A stretch of 53,587 bases of DNA, filler included, from Sphacelaria rigidula (Eukaryota), in the NCBI GenBank assembly GCA_964200075.2. It is 4 parts of 4 records of this genome, joined end to end, with 100 filler letters (N's around TTAATTAATTAA, not from the genome) between each part and the next. Parts side by side here need not be neighbours in the genome. Positions count along the whole stretch, not along the records: positions 26,846 to 40,166 come from CAXNAA020002966.1; 3 more parts are not named here. One strand, written 5' to 3'. Shown here one piece after another: positions 26,746 to 40,266 of this stretch. A program made the position numbers and the translations under genes. Below the pieces are notes generated by a model that had not been told where the DNA came from, ran no database searches, and saw nothing but the letters and a program-made list of their open reading frames with translations. Position 1 is the first letter of the stretch. Each line of letters opens with the position of its first letter.

Positions 26746-26845
26746 NNNNNNNNNNNNNNNNNNNNNNNNNNNNNNNNNNNNNNNNNNNNTTAATTAATTA
26801 ANNNNNNNNNNNNNNNNNNNNNNNNNNNNNNNNNNNNNNNNNNNN
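26746..26845. other. Artificial contig-joining linker
   Basis: N44-TTAATTAATTAA-N44. Confidence 0.97.
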
Positions 26846-27154
26846 AACCAGCTCTAACGGCATTTATGATCATCGCCTCCGTGCGCTTTTTTGGCCGGTT
26901 CGAGGGGGGGGCTATCTCAGCAGCAGTCGTGAGCCCCTGTTGTACGTGGAATCAAACACGCCCCCTCTATGGTAGCATGGCACGGATGTAGCCAAAGTGG
27001 TTGGTTATTCGTTCGATTGTCGCACATTATCTTATCCCCGAGGGACCCGGCCGTGGTCGCAACATGGACATACCCAAGGTAAAAAACAAGCGGAAACGCT
27101 AGTAAAATGGGAGAAACAAGAAGATCAAACGAGCGGTGTAAACGATAAATCAAA

Positions 27155-27286
27155 AATCGAAACAAAACGAAACAAAACGAAACGAAACAAAACGAAACGA
27201 AACAAAAAACAAAAACAAACAGGAAAAGAAAAGGAAGAGAGTAGAACCAGAAAGGAATAGGTAAAACAATCCCGATGAAAAATGGA

Positions 27287-27321
<35 letters not shown>

Positions 27322-27322
27322 T
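27155..27322. repeat. Simple repeats: (AAACG/AAAAC)n at about 27155-27220 and (TA)n at about 27287-27322
   Basis: Read directly from the sequence. Confidence 0.85.
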
Positions 27323-29380
27323 GAATCACGAGTCTAAAACATTGATGGCCGGCCCCTACAGCATGGGTTCAGGTGAAGAAAGGCCGGGCGCAAAATGCAC
27401 ATGCGCACCCATGTACCCAGCAGAAAAGATAAAAAAAGGTCGTGGGAGCAGAGTGTCACTCAGCTACTTCGGATCATACTGTTTGGGCATGAGCGTTTCC
27501 CCCATGACAATGGTCAAACGACTAAGGCAAGCAGCAAATGAGTACGCCCCCCCATGAACCCCACGGAAGTAAGGCACCAAACTGCTTCTATATGGCACTG
27601 AGAGGAAAGAAACGATGCGCGCGAGAGAAAGAGAGATGGAGAGAGAAGGAGAGCACCCGAGAAGAAGGGATCAAAGCGGGGCGATAAAGTCCAAGGACAC
27701 AGCAGATCATTTACAGGAGCACCACCAGGAACGCGCCATCAGGCCATACGCCAAGACAGCGTCAATGATCGATAAGAGAAGACTGGGGAGCAGAATAGTT
27801 TCTTCGTTCACCCTGCTTCCCGCGCTCATCCCTAGTGGGGCACGAAAGTCGGCCACTCTCTCGACTATTCGTATCCTGTATTCCTCGCGAGCTATTGCCG
27901 TTGTTGTATCAGTGTTCATGGCTCTCCGAGTGATGGCTCTCGACGCAGCAGCCTCTCGTTTGTGACGAAGGTTCTACTTGAGTTTTTCTCCGCGTCATCC
28001 CGTCCCCTCGAAGTCTACCGCCTCTTTCTCGACTCCAAGGTGCCATTTTCTCGTGTTCTTCGCCGCAGTCACCCAAACATGTACGTCTTTGACTTCCACA
28101 CCGTAGGAAATCCATTCCCGTTGTGCTCTTATGCGTGGAAGAGTCACCATTACACGTAGGTTCTCCTGGATAAAGTTCCCCCGGTGTTATGGGGACCGGC
28201 AAACGCCCTTGAGTCCTCTCGCGGCTTATCGTCCGAACATGACGCGGTTTGGAAGACCTGTTTCGTCCTGCAGGACAAGGTCCCCGCGAAGCAGAGTTGA
28301 CGCTTGCGGATGCTCTTCTCGACACGTTCGCAGTTGGTCATCTCGGGTACATATCTGTACGAACGAGTCTTGGAGCCAATTTGTCCCTTTCTGCTGAATC
28401 CAAGCTCTGGCAGCAAAAGGTCGTGGTGGGCAACGCGCCGATTCTCGAAGTCCTCGGGACGCAGGTTCCATGCAGCGCATCCGTTGAGCATGGCTTCCAC
28501 CACCCCTGCATTAATCAGCCGGAATTTCAGAGGTAGCTGGGCGTTGGGCCGGTCGTAGAGTCGGGAAATATACGTTCGAAGGTATGCTCACGCTGCGATA
28601 ATGGGACGTAGAAATTTGATGGGAACATTGGCATCTGCGCTGACAGCACCGCCAAGGTGGACACTCTTGGCCGTCTGCATGTACCACTGGGCTGCCGTCT
28701 TGGTATGCCGTACAAACTCTACGGAACTGGGTACTGACCACAGGCGTATGGATTCTGTCTTGCTCTCCGATACCGTCATTCGAACTCCTGACAGGCCACC
28801 AACATCACAGCCTTCATTGTAGTGAGCCCCTATGGGAACCTCGAAATGGGAACCAGCGTCATCAGCGTATATAGCCTTCCCCACACCGCGCGTCGCACCT
28901 TCTTCAGCGGCGACTCTTCCGTGGGGTCACGATCCTCACCTTTTGACGCATTATCCAGATATACCAGTTCTGACGCGATGGCTGAGTGTGCGGCGAACCC
29001 TTGTACAAGCAAGTCGACCAAGGCTACGCCGAAGATTTTGGACAATAGCGGGGACGGAACGCATTTTTGTCCAAGCTCCTGGCAGGCGTAAAGCCATGCT
29101 GGTATTTCGCTATCGTCAATGCAGTTGTACGCGAATTCGCGTGTCATCGTAGAGTATACGGATGGCATTGACCATCTGTAGCGGGACTCCGAACTGGGCA
29201 AGCATTTCCCACAGGAGCGTGCGATCTACGAGTCGCTAGAATCCGCACTGTTCTTCCCCGAAGATTCTTGTCTCTTCGTAGAAGCTGTAGAGCCTATTAG
29301 CTGCCATTTTGTTTTTAACGTTACCGGCATGTGCGACGAGGGAGATGCCCCTGTAGTTGCCACACTCATTGCTCTCCCTT
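27322..29380 (-). mobile_element. 5'-truncated decayed RTE-clade LINE (RT, C-terminal region and probable 3' UTR)
   Basis: [55 protein letters not shown] and IRKRQLCFAG appear across frameshifts. An internal deletion is evident. The 3' boundary is inferred from the (TA)n tract. Confidence 0.85.
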
Positions 29381-32300
29381 GGAGCTAGACCGCGAGGGTA
29401 GGTCATCTGGCGATGCAGTGATTTTCAAAGTAAAACTGATGCTGATTCCATAGACTATCCATGGTCGCGTGGTCAAACAGTTATCATGTCGCGCATATCT
29501 GCTCAGAACCCAATACGAAAAATAGAGGCCGTTGTTATTCAGCACCTCATGATTTTGCATGTGCAGTAGAGTAGCAGCAGCAGCTACAACAGCAGTCAAC
29601 AGACAGTGAGGAGAAAGCACAGTCGAGACTATGCGAGATGCGGGCAAGATGAGACAATGCCCGAGGTTTGCCCCAAAAAGTGAACGGAGAGCCAGGTCAC
29701 ACTGCGCTTTCGCCCAGTTTCGATTTAAGTGTTTAACTGAGTATGATGCCGGTTCCACGAGTGAATATGGTCTGTGTGCGGTCGAGAGGTGAAAACTGGG
29801 ACGCCCAAAGGGTCCACCGACACACCAGCGAGGAAATACATCAAACGGAACGCATCGCAATAACGTCAAAACACCATGCAGAACACAGCCCGGAAAGCGT
29901 ATGCACTCGAAACCCAAGCAGAACCGGAACGCACCGTAATGTCTAGCGAAATGCAAGCGAAGAGGTTGATATGTAATATTAGCGTGTACTCTGAATTCAA
30001 GTAAAAAGGAAATGCGGGCTTTTCAGAGGTTCATAGAACGAAATGGCCCCGAAAGTTGCGTACTCGGAAACGAAGTGAAGAAATGCAGCAAAAGTGCACC
30101 TGTCTCCAGGGCTTAAAAATGAGCCGAAATATAACGTGTTTATTATAAGTATAGATTGCTCTGCTTCGCATCGCGCCTCCAATTTTCCTATATTTTCTTA
30201 TATCGGAATGGAAAATGGACAGAACAGACAGACGCCCTCAATGAAGAAGAGCAAGAACGGCATACGATCAAAGAACAGCCAGCAACAGCACGTTTTCGGT
30301 TGCTATCTGACACGCACGGGACCGCCTTTCATCCAATACTGGACGGATTTCTGTCAAACAAAGGCTATCTTATGTGGATGATGAGCTAGCGCTTGAACAA
30401 TGCACGTGAGCGGTGGTTGTCTAGAGCTATGCGTCGGTTTTCGTGGCTCGTTGTGTCGGCGCTGTGCTACCTCGTTGCGTCTTGTCCGCAGCACTACAGA
30501 GATATTGGACTAACGTTCACTTTCAGAACTGCCGCATTGTTTACCTGTGCACAGATCTGGGCTTCGATCTAGACATAACTGCCTGTCCAGCACTACAACT
30601 GTCCAGGCACTCTCTAGCGCACATCACACCGTGATTGTCGCGGAGTATTTAGATGCACAACAGCACAGCGACAACTACATCATAGAAATGGTGAGTGTGG
30701 AAAGCGCCTTGTTCGTTTGACTCGAGACGAAATAGCCAACGCACCATGCAAGTGTAATGCGTGAGAGGAAAACGGTCAAGCGATAAAAAACAGGGGAAAA
30801 TTCCGATCACCTGACTGTTTTTGTAAGCATAAGCATGCAGCAGTATCAGCGGCACATAACGTAACGTGCCGAGTGCATGGGTAATGTCGCACGACGAAAC
30901 GCGGATCGTCTCCCACACTAGAAGCAGCAGCAGCAGCAACAGTATCAGTGGCATACTTATTGCCAGTGAATGTACGCGGCTGGGGTTGGGTCTGAATCAG
31001 CCGGTGCCGATGCTGCTGCTCTTGATCGTAGACGGTCCGTGTTTCGACCGTGCGATAACACCCACGCACCTTGCGAGTGATAGTCACCGTGCTGGACAGC
31101 GCTGGGTGCGTACTACCCGCCGATGGGTCCATGCTTGCTTACTCGGTGAAGTTCTGGGAGATATAGCTGTGCGCATCTCTCTGTGGGAGCTGTGCACGTG
31201 GAGTGTGTCTCCCACGCGTGGCTACTGCAAGAAGAGAAAGCAGCTGATGCATACTGTATATATATACAGGCCGTGTTCAGGCTCTAAAAACACTGGAGAA
31301 TTGTGTTGTGTTAAGTGTAGTGCTCTGTACTCCGTATAATGGGGTCACGTTTTGAGCAGTTTTTTTTCAAGTTCTGCTTTTTTTTTTGAAGTTGTGCTTG
31401 TTTTTTTTAACGTATTCTGAAACAAACGAGATAGTTTTCTGTCACAGACATCCAATGCCGAATCTGGAATAGCCTGAGACTACCACCAATTTGAAAATTG
31501 GAATAAATGTATATATCGATAATTTTCCCGCGACTATTATTGTTGAAGCAATGGACTATAGATTGCTCAGCTTCGCATCGCGCCTCCAATTTTCCTATCC
31601 TTTGTTACATTGGAATGGAATGGAAAAGGGACAGAACAGACAGACGCCCTCACAGTGTTGTTCCTTTTCGACAATATGGAAGCTTTAATCACGGTGAGGT
31701 GTACGTTGTACTAGTTGAAGTCCTGTTCCGCAGTTTCAGGTATCTCGAGCTCAGACAGGAGATCATCGTGGGAAGAGGGTCGGACACTGTTAGCTTCAAC
31801 AGCTCGCTTCACGGGCGATGCCGCACATGGGAGAAAGCTTCATGGCGCATGACATTCGTCACAGCACACGTTACGAGCGTTTTTTGCTAAATAGATTCGT
31901 GTATCAACAAGAACAGGGCGAGCTAGTGCAGATTTCTCTAGATACGGGTCCCACTCTGTGCGCATCGGATTTGAAACACGCATCCTCGTCTCTTGTACAA
32001 GAAATATTATGCTGTTTGCTGCTATGGGTTCGACACTGCGTACCAACCGTAACGTTACACCTTCGGTGGTATCACCTGCTCACTGCACAGCGGCAGGGTG
32101 CAGGGTGACAAAGCACACCACAGAACGCCATCACACGTGGACAGATAGCACCCTGTGAAGGAGGTCTACAAGGTTTACGTACCCTGCGTAGTGTTTTTGG
32201 CGGGAATTTTACTGTACAGTGTTTTCCAGCGTAGCCCAGGACGCTCCACAGGGTTTCCCTACAGTGGTCATGAACAGTGTGCATCACAGGGTTGCTCTCC

Positions 32301-34977
32301 ACAGGGTTTCTCTACAGTGGTCATGAATAGTGTGCATCACAGGGTTTCGTCGCCCCGTGAAGAGTTCATCGCTGCTGGCAATGCTGTGCAGTGTGTTTAC
32401 GCACAAACACTACCCTCCACATGCAGCTGTGGGCGCAAGGTACTGGCGGAAAAAAGAACTGACTAGGTTTTGGGGAGTCAAACCCTCGACTTCACAACTT
32501 CGTCGAAAGCCGGTTACACACGGAACTACACGTGGTAGACATAACGGGTATGGTTTTTTGTACTTCTGAATTTTGGGGCCCTCGAAGGTCCATGTCAATA
32601 ACATTGAAATCCCCCGAATTGTTTTTAGAGGCACAAGTGTCATAGTAATGAAAATCTGGAACTTGGACAGCCGCTGCTGTTCGAAATAAATCCTAATTCC
32701 ACACTTGGAATAGAGCAAAAAGGATTCATTCGAAATAAATCCTGATTCCAATCTTCGAATATAGGGGGAAAAGGATTCATTTCGAAGAGCTTCTGAATTC
32801 AGCTGTACAGATAATCCCATATACAATGTGTATAGCAGATGGAATTTGTACACCGCGAAGAATACCTCAAATTGGGTGGAGAAAGAACTTATTGCTCGCG
32901 AGCAGCTTCAGCTGTTCAGGTCCCAACTACTACACGCTAGCTTACGATGCAGATGTATCGTCATGAGCAATTGACCTCGCTTGTAGATCCACATACCTGA
33001 TGAAAACCCCGTAGTCCTGCATCGACGAAACTAAAACAATAATTTACAGGGAATAATGAAGCATCTCATCGCGCGGTTGATAATGCGTATACTGGGGATA
33101 CATATTCACAACAATAAACTGTACTGGACTGTACAATACCATTGCATGCGGTACAGTGCGCTATACCGCCGCGTGCTTATACGTGCGGCGCCATGTACTG
33201 CAGATAGCTGGCTATAAATACAATGTAGATGCCTGCATGCAGCTGGTTTTGATATATGGGGCGGGTGTTATATACCGTCACGAACTCCAGTTTCTCAGGC
33301 GCGCGTTCCAGCACAGCATATTTGCGCGCACATGCATCAGCTGCATGCTGCTGCAGCACAGTAAGTAGGGCGTGAAAGGGAAAGGGAAAAGTACAGTACA
33401 GACAGCGCAGGACGATGTATGTATGTTCTCCACCTACAGTGCGACGTGAAAAGGATTTGAACAGCGTGCACCATATCGTACGCGGCCTGTATGCTGCACT
33501 ATATATGTTATATCGCGGTGCGTCCGCAGCATGCATATTAATATGGTGAGTGCTCTCTCTCTCCGTTGAACTCGGGGAGCTACTTCTCTCCGGTTTTCGT
33601 GGCGTCGCTCTTCTTATTTTCTTTATTTTTTCTTTATTTTGGTAATGTGTCNNNNNNNNNNAGGCGAGCCTACGTCTGTGACCACGGGTTCGCGAGATCG
33701 GACTAATGTGCGGAAATAATAATAATAATAATGTATAATACAGGCGGCCGGTTGATGTTGTTCCTCGCACCCGCCTATATATACGCACCCGCCCGCGTAT
33801 GTCGTCACCGCGCGCGATGTCGCGACGGCCATGAAAGAAGGTGTTCAAGTTTCCACCAACGAGAAATACATCATGTCCACCCGTACGGCAGTCAGTGTGT
33901 ATATGTGTCTATATATATCCCTGTGCCCAACCCGTGCTCTTTGCTGTGGGGTTGGGGTGGTATAGTTGCATGGCGGGTATATGCGTTTATTGATGTTCGA
34001 TTTGTGTGCGGTGATAAATATACGGAGTGATGGTCCACATATACTATTCATATACGATTGATTAAGTGATATTTTCTGAACATGGTTCGTGTTGGTAGAG
34101 GACGGAAGACGGGGTTTTGTGAAAATGTAGATAAGTGTACGAGGTATAACCGATCGGCTGGCATCCTCCCACCTTCCCAAGGGCTTCAGACGAAGGACAG
34201 GTGCGGACACACACACTCATTCAAACTGTGGGATCTCTATTCAGCGAAAGTTGTTGAGAGGCTATATTCATCCTTTAGCCCATGTACACATACCTGGGGG
34301 GCAAAAGGATGAATACCTTTCAGCAACGTTTTCTGGGTGTCGGATCCTATGCGCCGGTGACGATGCAGTATGCGGGATTCGCCCAGCAGCTGACGCTGCT
34401 GCAATATAAAATTTATTTTCCCCCAATCTCTGGATGGAATTAGAGGGAAAAGTAAATACTTATTTCGAGCTTCTTCTGCTGTTCAAATTCCGAAGCTGCC
34501 AGTGTGCATGGGATTTGCGCAGCAGAAGAAGCAGTTCGAAATAGATCATTTTTTCGCTCATCTCAAAAATGGGCGAAAAAAGGATCGATCTTGAACAGCT
34601 TCTCCTGCTCTTCTACATAAATCATTTTTTTTGCCGAAATAAATTGGACGAGAAGAGGATCCGTTTCGGATCTAGCTTGTCGCGCTGTCCAAAATAAATT
34701 CCTTTTCGCTCGATTCAAATCGGGTGAAGAGGAATATACCTCGGACAGGAGGACACGGTATTGAAGATATAAAAAATTGCAGATTTTGTACCAAAATATT
34801 TGGAATCTTCGAATAAAAAACTTGAGTTTTTTTCACCAAAACACCACCACATGACTGTGCAGGGCTTTGCCGACGTGCCTACACAGGGCTGCAAATCCAA
34901 CCCTGAGGAAAACCCTATCAAAACGCTGCGATGGGTACAGATTTTGCATTTCACTGTCAGGGTTTTTTCACAAAGAC

Positions 34978-35101
34978 TGTGGCGAGCTGCATACGACAGC
35001 GCGAAATCAATGCAGCACAGGGGTATGCTGAGGATGTGCGTACATCCTCAGCCTACCCCTGTGCTGCATTGATTTTGCGCTGTCGTATGCAGTTTGCCAC
35101 A
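34978..35101. other. 124-bp near-perfect spacer-less palindrome
   Basis: Arms are symmetric about 35039/35040, with four G-T positions and one T-C mismatch. Confidence 0.92.
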
Positions 35102-35799
35102 TCATGCACGCAACCGCTTGTATCTGCGGTCAACGTGCACGCGGGATATCATATTATAAAGTTCTTCGTGTTGTAACTACAGCGTGCGTTTGCCCCAGGT
35201 TGCGCACGTATGAGTGAACGGCCGCCTCTGCTGCTGTCATGGCTGCCTGTATATTGGGCGAAAATAAAATTATTTGCGCGAAGCGCGATTATGTCCGCGC
35301 GTTCAAGATCAGCACCCTGCAAACACTGAGTGCCCGTTCGACATCAGCCGAAGAACTAAAACATGAAACATGTCTTGTTTCACTGTACTGCAGCATAAAC
35401 ACACTCACTTCCGCTCTCATGTGCTGTAGTCATCACTGTTCTGGGGTGTGTTCAGACCTTGCAAAGACGGTTTGGTCTCCGCTGAGATTGCTTGATGTGC
35501 TGTATCGTTGTGTTCGTCTCTCTGTAACCAAGCTGTACCATATAGTATCAGTCAGGACGCTGTGACTTTGCAACAAGAGAAGCTCATGCATACTGTGTAC
35601 AGTCCATCTTCAGGTTCTGAAACTAGAAAACACTGCAGAACTGCCGTGTTGTCTTGTGTTCAGGATAGTACTCTGTTCTCCATGTACCACTGCAGAATTG
35701 TCTTGTTTTCAGTGTAGTACCCTGTACTCCATATAAGGGGGTCATGGTTTGAGCAGTTTTTTTGAAAAGTTCTCGTTTTTTTATGAGTACTCCGAAAAA

Positions 35800-36905
35800 A
35801 ACGAGAGTGTTTTCTGTCACAGAAATGTCATGCCGAATCTTTATATAGCCTGCGACAGCAACCAATTTGGAAACTGGAATTTTTGTGTCATTGTCCAAAG
35901 TGAGCGATTTTCCCAGCTCTGTAACTCGTTCTGGCAGAACCGAGTGCACCAGACCTCCGAACCTCTCGCAAGACCCGGGGACACCCTCGCGCGCGTCAAC
36001 AGTGCCTCCGTAGAGGTGCATGAGCAAACTACGTTCGCACCTCCGAACACGATGACAATCGCTCCGTGGTATAAACATCTCTCGTGGCATACGATGTACA
36101 ATATCATCGAAGAAACGGGCTCCCGACGAAGGAGTTAACTTTCAGACCACGGACGCATCCAACGCCATGGACGCGGTAGTTCTTGTCCACAATCAAACCT
36201 CATGCGAGTCCTCTAGATTCAGCATAATACATGTATCGAATACCATAGTCATCACTATGTTCGACAGCGTTGATCGCTCATCAATTTTCACACAAGACAA
36301 CCGGACGACTTTCACGGCGTTTAGTGACGAATTTCGCCAGAAATTCCTCATCGCCGACCACCGTTACATGATGCCGCGCATGGTACCTTCGCCTACATGA
36401 TTTACAAAGCATCTTGATCAATTCGCAGTCCTTCGGAACTACCATGAAGCCGTCCAATAGGCCCCCCGGCGCGCATGTTTTTGTCATCATACGCTAGTAT
36501 CTGGTGCCTACAGTCCTGCTGGAGATTAAAAAAATGCATGCCAACCGGACCATGCCTGCAGATGCTTCGAATGGCACATTTATCGCCTTCAGTGGCATTG
36601 TAGTGGTCGAGAGAACGTTTGACGAACATCCGCAGTACGGGTGTTGTCGAGGGGAACTTCTCCGCTGCCTTTATCGCGGGAGGAATCGTTTCCACTGTTG
36701 CCCTACAGTCATTTTTGACCCTGGGACTAAATTTATGGTGCTGTTGAGCCTGCGCTGCCGCTGCCGGTTGCCACCGCGGGTTCCATGTTCATCGCCGTTG
36801 CAATCGTCCCCGCCGACTGCGCCACGTCCCAGAGCGTCACCTGGTCGTGAACGTTGCAGATACGCGCGGTCTGTACGCGCACCGTGATGATGGCAATGTT
36901 TTCCC
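35800..36905 (-). pseudogene. Decayed ORF of unknown family (about 300 codons across frameshifts)
   Basis: Three consecutive protein-like frames (ETIPPAIKAAEKF.., GGLLDGFMVVPKDCELIKMLCKSC.., FFDDIVHRMPREMF..) with two in-frame TGA codons. An acceptor-like site ttttacctacgcag lies near 36906. No family recognised. Confidence 0.4.
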
Positions 36906-38753
36906 CTGCGTAGGTAAAAGAGACAAGAGGGTCAGCAACAAAATTCAGACAAAAAATGCACTTGAGTGGTCTCAAAAATTTGCTCGCAAGGAGCAGTGAG
37001 GTCGCGCGCTACAGCATCGACGAAAGAGACCCGATACGCCCGCCCAATACTACACCATGGCCGCATGTATTCGCCCCAGAGTTAGAGGAATGGGTAGCAA
37101 CAGCCACGGCAAAGCTGGTTCAACACTGTGTATGCTCGGCCGCTGCTTCGCCTTCAACCTGGGACGCTTACTGGGTTGTCGTGGTCGATGCAGTGCCTAG
37201 TCCCACCCGGACAAGCGGCCGAAGGCCCGCTCGGGTCCCGATGACGAAGACAGTCGGCTTAATTGGGCATGCACTTAGATGACGAACGGAGCTCTAGCGT
37301 TTTCCGCATATCGCTCGCGTTTACTACTGGGTAAAAATCTTGTTTTGTCGAGAGCTTGATTATACCAAATATTTAGCACCAGCAGCTGTCACTCTTTCCA
37401 AGCCGTTCGGTATGCACGGAAACGTCACCCGGCGACACCAATCGACTGAGCTCCGCGAGTTACAACTCAAGAGCACAGCGCAAATTCACCCACCGACAAT
37501 GAAGGTTGTAGAGTTCGGATTGTTGTTCGCATGCATCGCACGGTACTTCTCTGCCAGCTCGCCCTCCTGTTAAGAGTCAAATTGTGAGCACAGCCCCGCG
37601 AAGGGATCCAGATTCGGTAGGCACTTCTGATTTCGTTCACAATCAAGAGGCTGCCGTTGAACCATGTGCAAATTATCACGTAGAAACTGTAGTGGGACAC
37701 CGCGGCTGCTGAAGACATCACTTTGGTCGACTGTTCTAGTCTTGGGACAACGAATGCCGATGGTGATTATCATGCTGTGCGGCATGTACTGTACTAGCAC
37801 AACATGGATGTGCTCGAGAGTGTGTAATTCCCTGCAAGTCGGGAAACGCATGTCCCAATCTGCTTACTCGATCTCTTTGGCTAGACGCTTGTTCTTTGAA
37901 AAAAAGTGAAAAGCTCATAATGTTGAACGGTCAAAAAGTGTCAGTTAAACGGCGCCGAAGAAACGAAGGACTAATCTGTGTTCTGAATTGTCGGCATTCG
38001 CTACGCAGCCCCATCCATGGCTGTAATTATCCCGATAGTTGGGGAATCCCACATGGAACTCATACCACGAGACAGTGCAGGGAATTAACGACGCTTACAT
38101 ACACGTGTAATGTGCAGTCCGGAAAACCATCTAGTCAGTGCTCGCCGTGCTAGCGGGGACGAGTCATCATTTCAAGCGGGAAACGGCACCGATTTTACGG
38201 CATCCACTACCGAAGAACACATGTAAAACTATGGCTCACCTTAATATACGCAGACCCGTTGAGGGTAATCGTAAGCTTTGCACCCGGCTTTGGTGAAGCA
38301 ATCGATGATGAGCTATTCTGCCGATCTCGAGTGGCCCCGGTTGTGGGAAAATCATGCACCAATATGGCGACTTTCGGCGCCTTCAGATACGATACGTGGG
38401 GCGGAAGGACCGACAGCATCGCACATATCGGCGGGCGTAGTTACTCCATGCGACGGTTATTCGGGGGGTAGACGAGCACAAGATAAAAAGTATTCGCAAC
38501 ATTTTGTACTTTTTCCCGCCAAATCTCTGAGCACGATTCCCTCTGGATCATGAGCTTAAACCGCAGTCGCCCACGGGTAGGACGCCCCGAATGGGAGCAA
38601 CGTTCCCGATTCCTCTTACCCCGACAATACCTTCCTTTGTTTGATGCCATAGACTGGCTATGTGTAAACCTCGATACCGCTGTTTCCCGGACAGAGATCG
38701 AAAACAGAGATTCAGGGGACATTATCACGGAGGCGAGTTCCAATATAAACATA

Positions 38754-39300
38754 CAGTAGTGGGCGGTCTAACTATGCATTTGGTGGTATTTTGTGATTTT
38801 TTCGTAGTTGGCGGTTTTCTTGGGCTCCTTTCGCTGGGCACCGCTTCTAACAATGGGGATCTGAAGATATTTGTATCAGCTCCACATTCCAAGAAAATAA
38901 AACCATATGTGTTCAATATCGAGTGACTTACGGGCTGACCGGTCATCGGGGGTCCTGCCACGTTTCAGCCCAGATTCTTACTCTTCGGTATTTTCGGTTG
39001 ATCAAGCCTGTCCCGATCATATTTGTGGAAAAAAAGGATTTTTTGTTTTTTATTCTACCTACTCATTGCACTTGAGCCGAAAAATTGTGTTTCACGTTCA
39101 ATAACACCCTCCTGATAAACGGCGTATTTACTCGTATCGCCCGATAACACCCAACAAACACGGACTGGGGCACTGTGTTACGAGGATGATCTGTTTTTTG
39201 TACCAAAATCTACCGACGCTAGCAATTTCGAGTTTTATCAAAGAGTAGTACGCGAGGAAAAACCCAAAACACCCCTGAATAGTTAGACCGTCCACTACTG
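38754..39300. mobile_element. Tc1/mariner-type MITE, 547 bp
   Basis: 22-bp TIR CAGTAGTGGRCGGTCTAACTAT with one mismatch. TA on the left and a TGTA/TATG microsatellite on the right. Confidence 0.78.
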
Positions 39301-39554
39301 TGTATGTATGTATGTATATATATATATCCGTATTGGTGTATCCTTTTTCGCTACGCAACTCCTCCTTTACCTCGGGACAAGTCCATGCCCTCAAGGAATC
39401 AACCGGGTATACGCCAGATATTTCAGAGATGCAAATGGAGTCATCACTCACGCGCCGATTCGATTGTCGTCAAGCATACATTTCTTTGCTGCTCATCTCC
39501 TGACGTTCTCAACATCGAATATCATATACTTCTTAGAAAAAACAAAAAAACGAA

Positions 39555-39635
39555 CCCACATCTGCCTGGACCCGAACCCGCGATCTCCTGCCCTACCGTA
39601 CGTGAGTTGACTCGGACCCGTTGGCCACAGCGGCG
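39555..39635 (-). mobile_element. Possible degenerate tRNA-derived SINE head
   Basis: A-box-like TGGCCAACGGG and B-box-like GGTTCGGGTCC at tRNA-like spacing. No intact cloverleaf. Confidence 0.3.
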
Positions 39636-40166
39636 GGATGGGTGATATGCATTCAACTGAGTTGCTGTAGCAGGTCGGGTCAAAATTGCCGAACGCGCCG
39701 TATGAGATATCCTGGCCACTTCTCTCCCTTCCTCCCGACTTACATTCTGCACAAGCTTGTACTTCTTGGTATCCCTTCTCGTCGACAGGATGATCACTTC
39801 GTCATCTGTCAAGGAAAACAGGAGTGCAAAAAGACTTCCGTAGTCGGTCATGAAACACCAAAACGTGCGAAAGGTATAGGTGCAACGACCCTGCAAATCG
39901 ACCGTGGAAACATGGGGGGTAGGCGGGCACTGTGTTTTCATGCTGGAGTATATACCAGCGTAATATCGTGCACACATTGGATTTTCGAAGGGCGGAAGAC
40001 TCATCAACCAGCAGTACACTCTCTTTAAAGGTCGATGACCACTGTACCACGGCGGTGCGAAATGGGCAGGAGTGTCAACATCTCGCCCGATATTGAGCCT
40101 CCACGAAGTAAACGCGGGCGCAAAACGACCGAGTAAAAATTGGCATCGGTTGAGGCTCAGCGGGGG

Positions 40167-40266
40167 NNNNNNNNNNNNNNNNNNNNNNNNNNNNNNNNNN
40201 NNNNNNNNNNTTAATTAATTAANNNNNNNNNNNNNNNNNNNNNNNNNNNNNNNNNNNNNNNNNNNN
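40167..40266. other. Artificial contig-joining linker
   Basis: N44-TTAATTAATTAA-N44. Confidence 0.97.
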
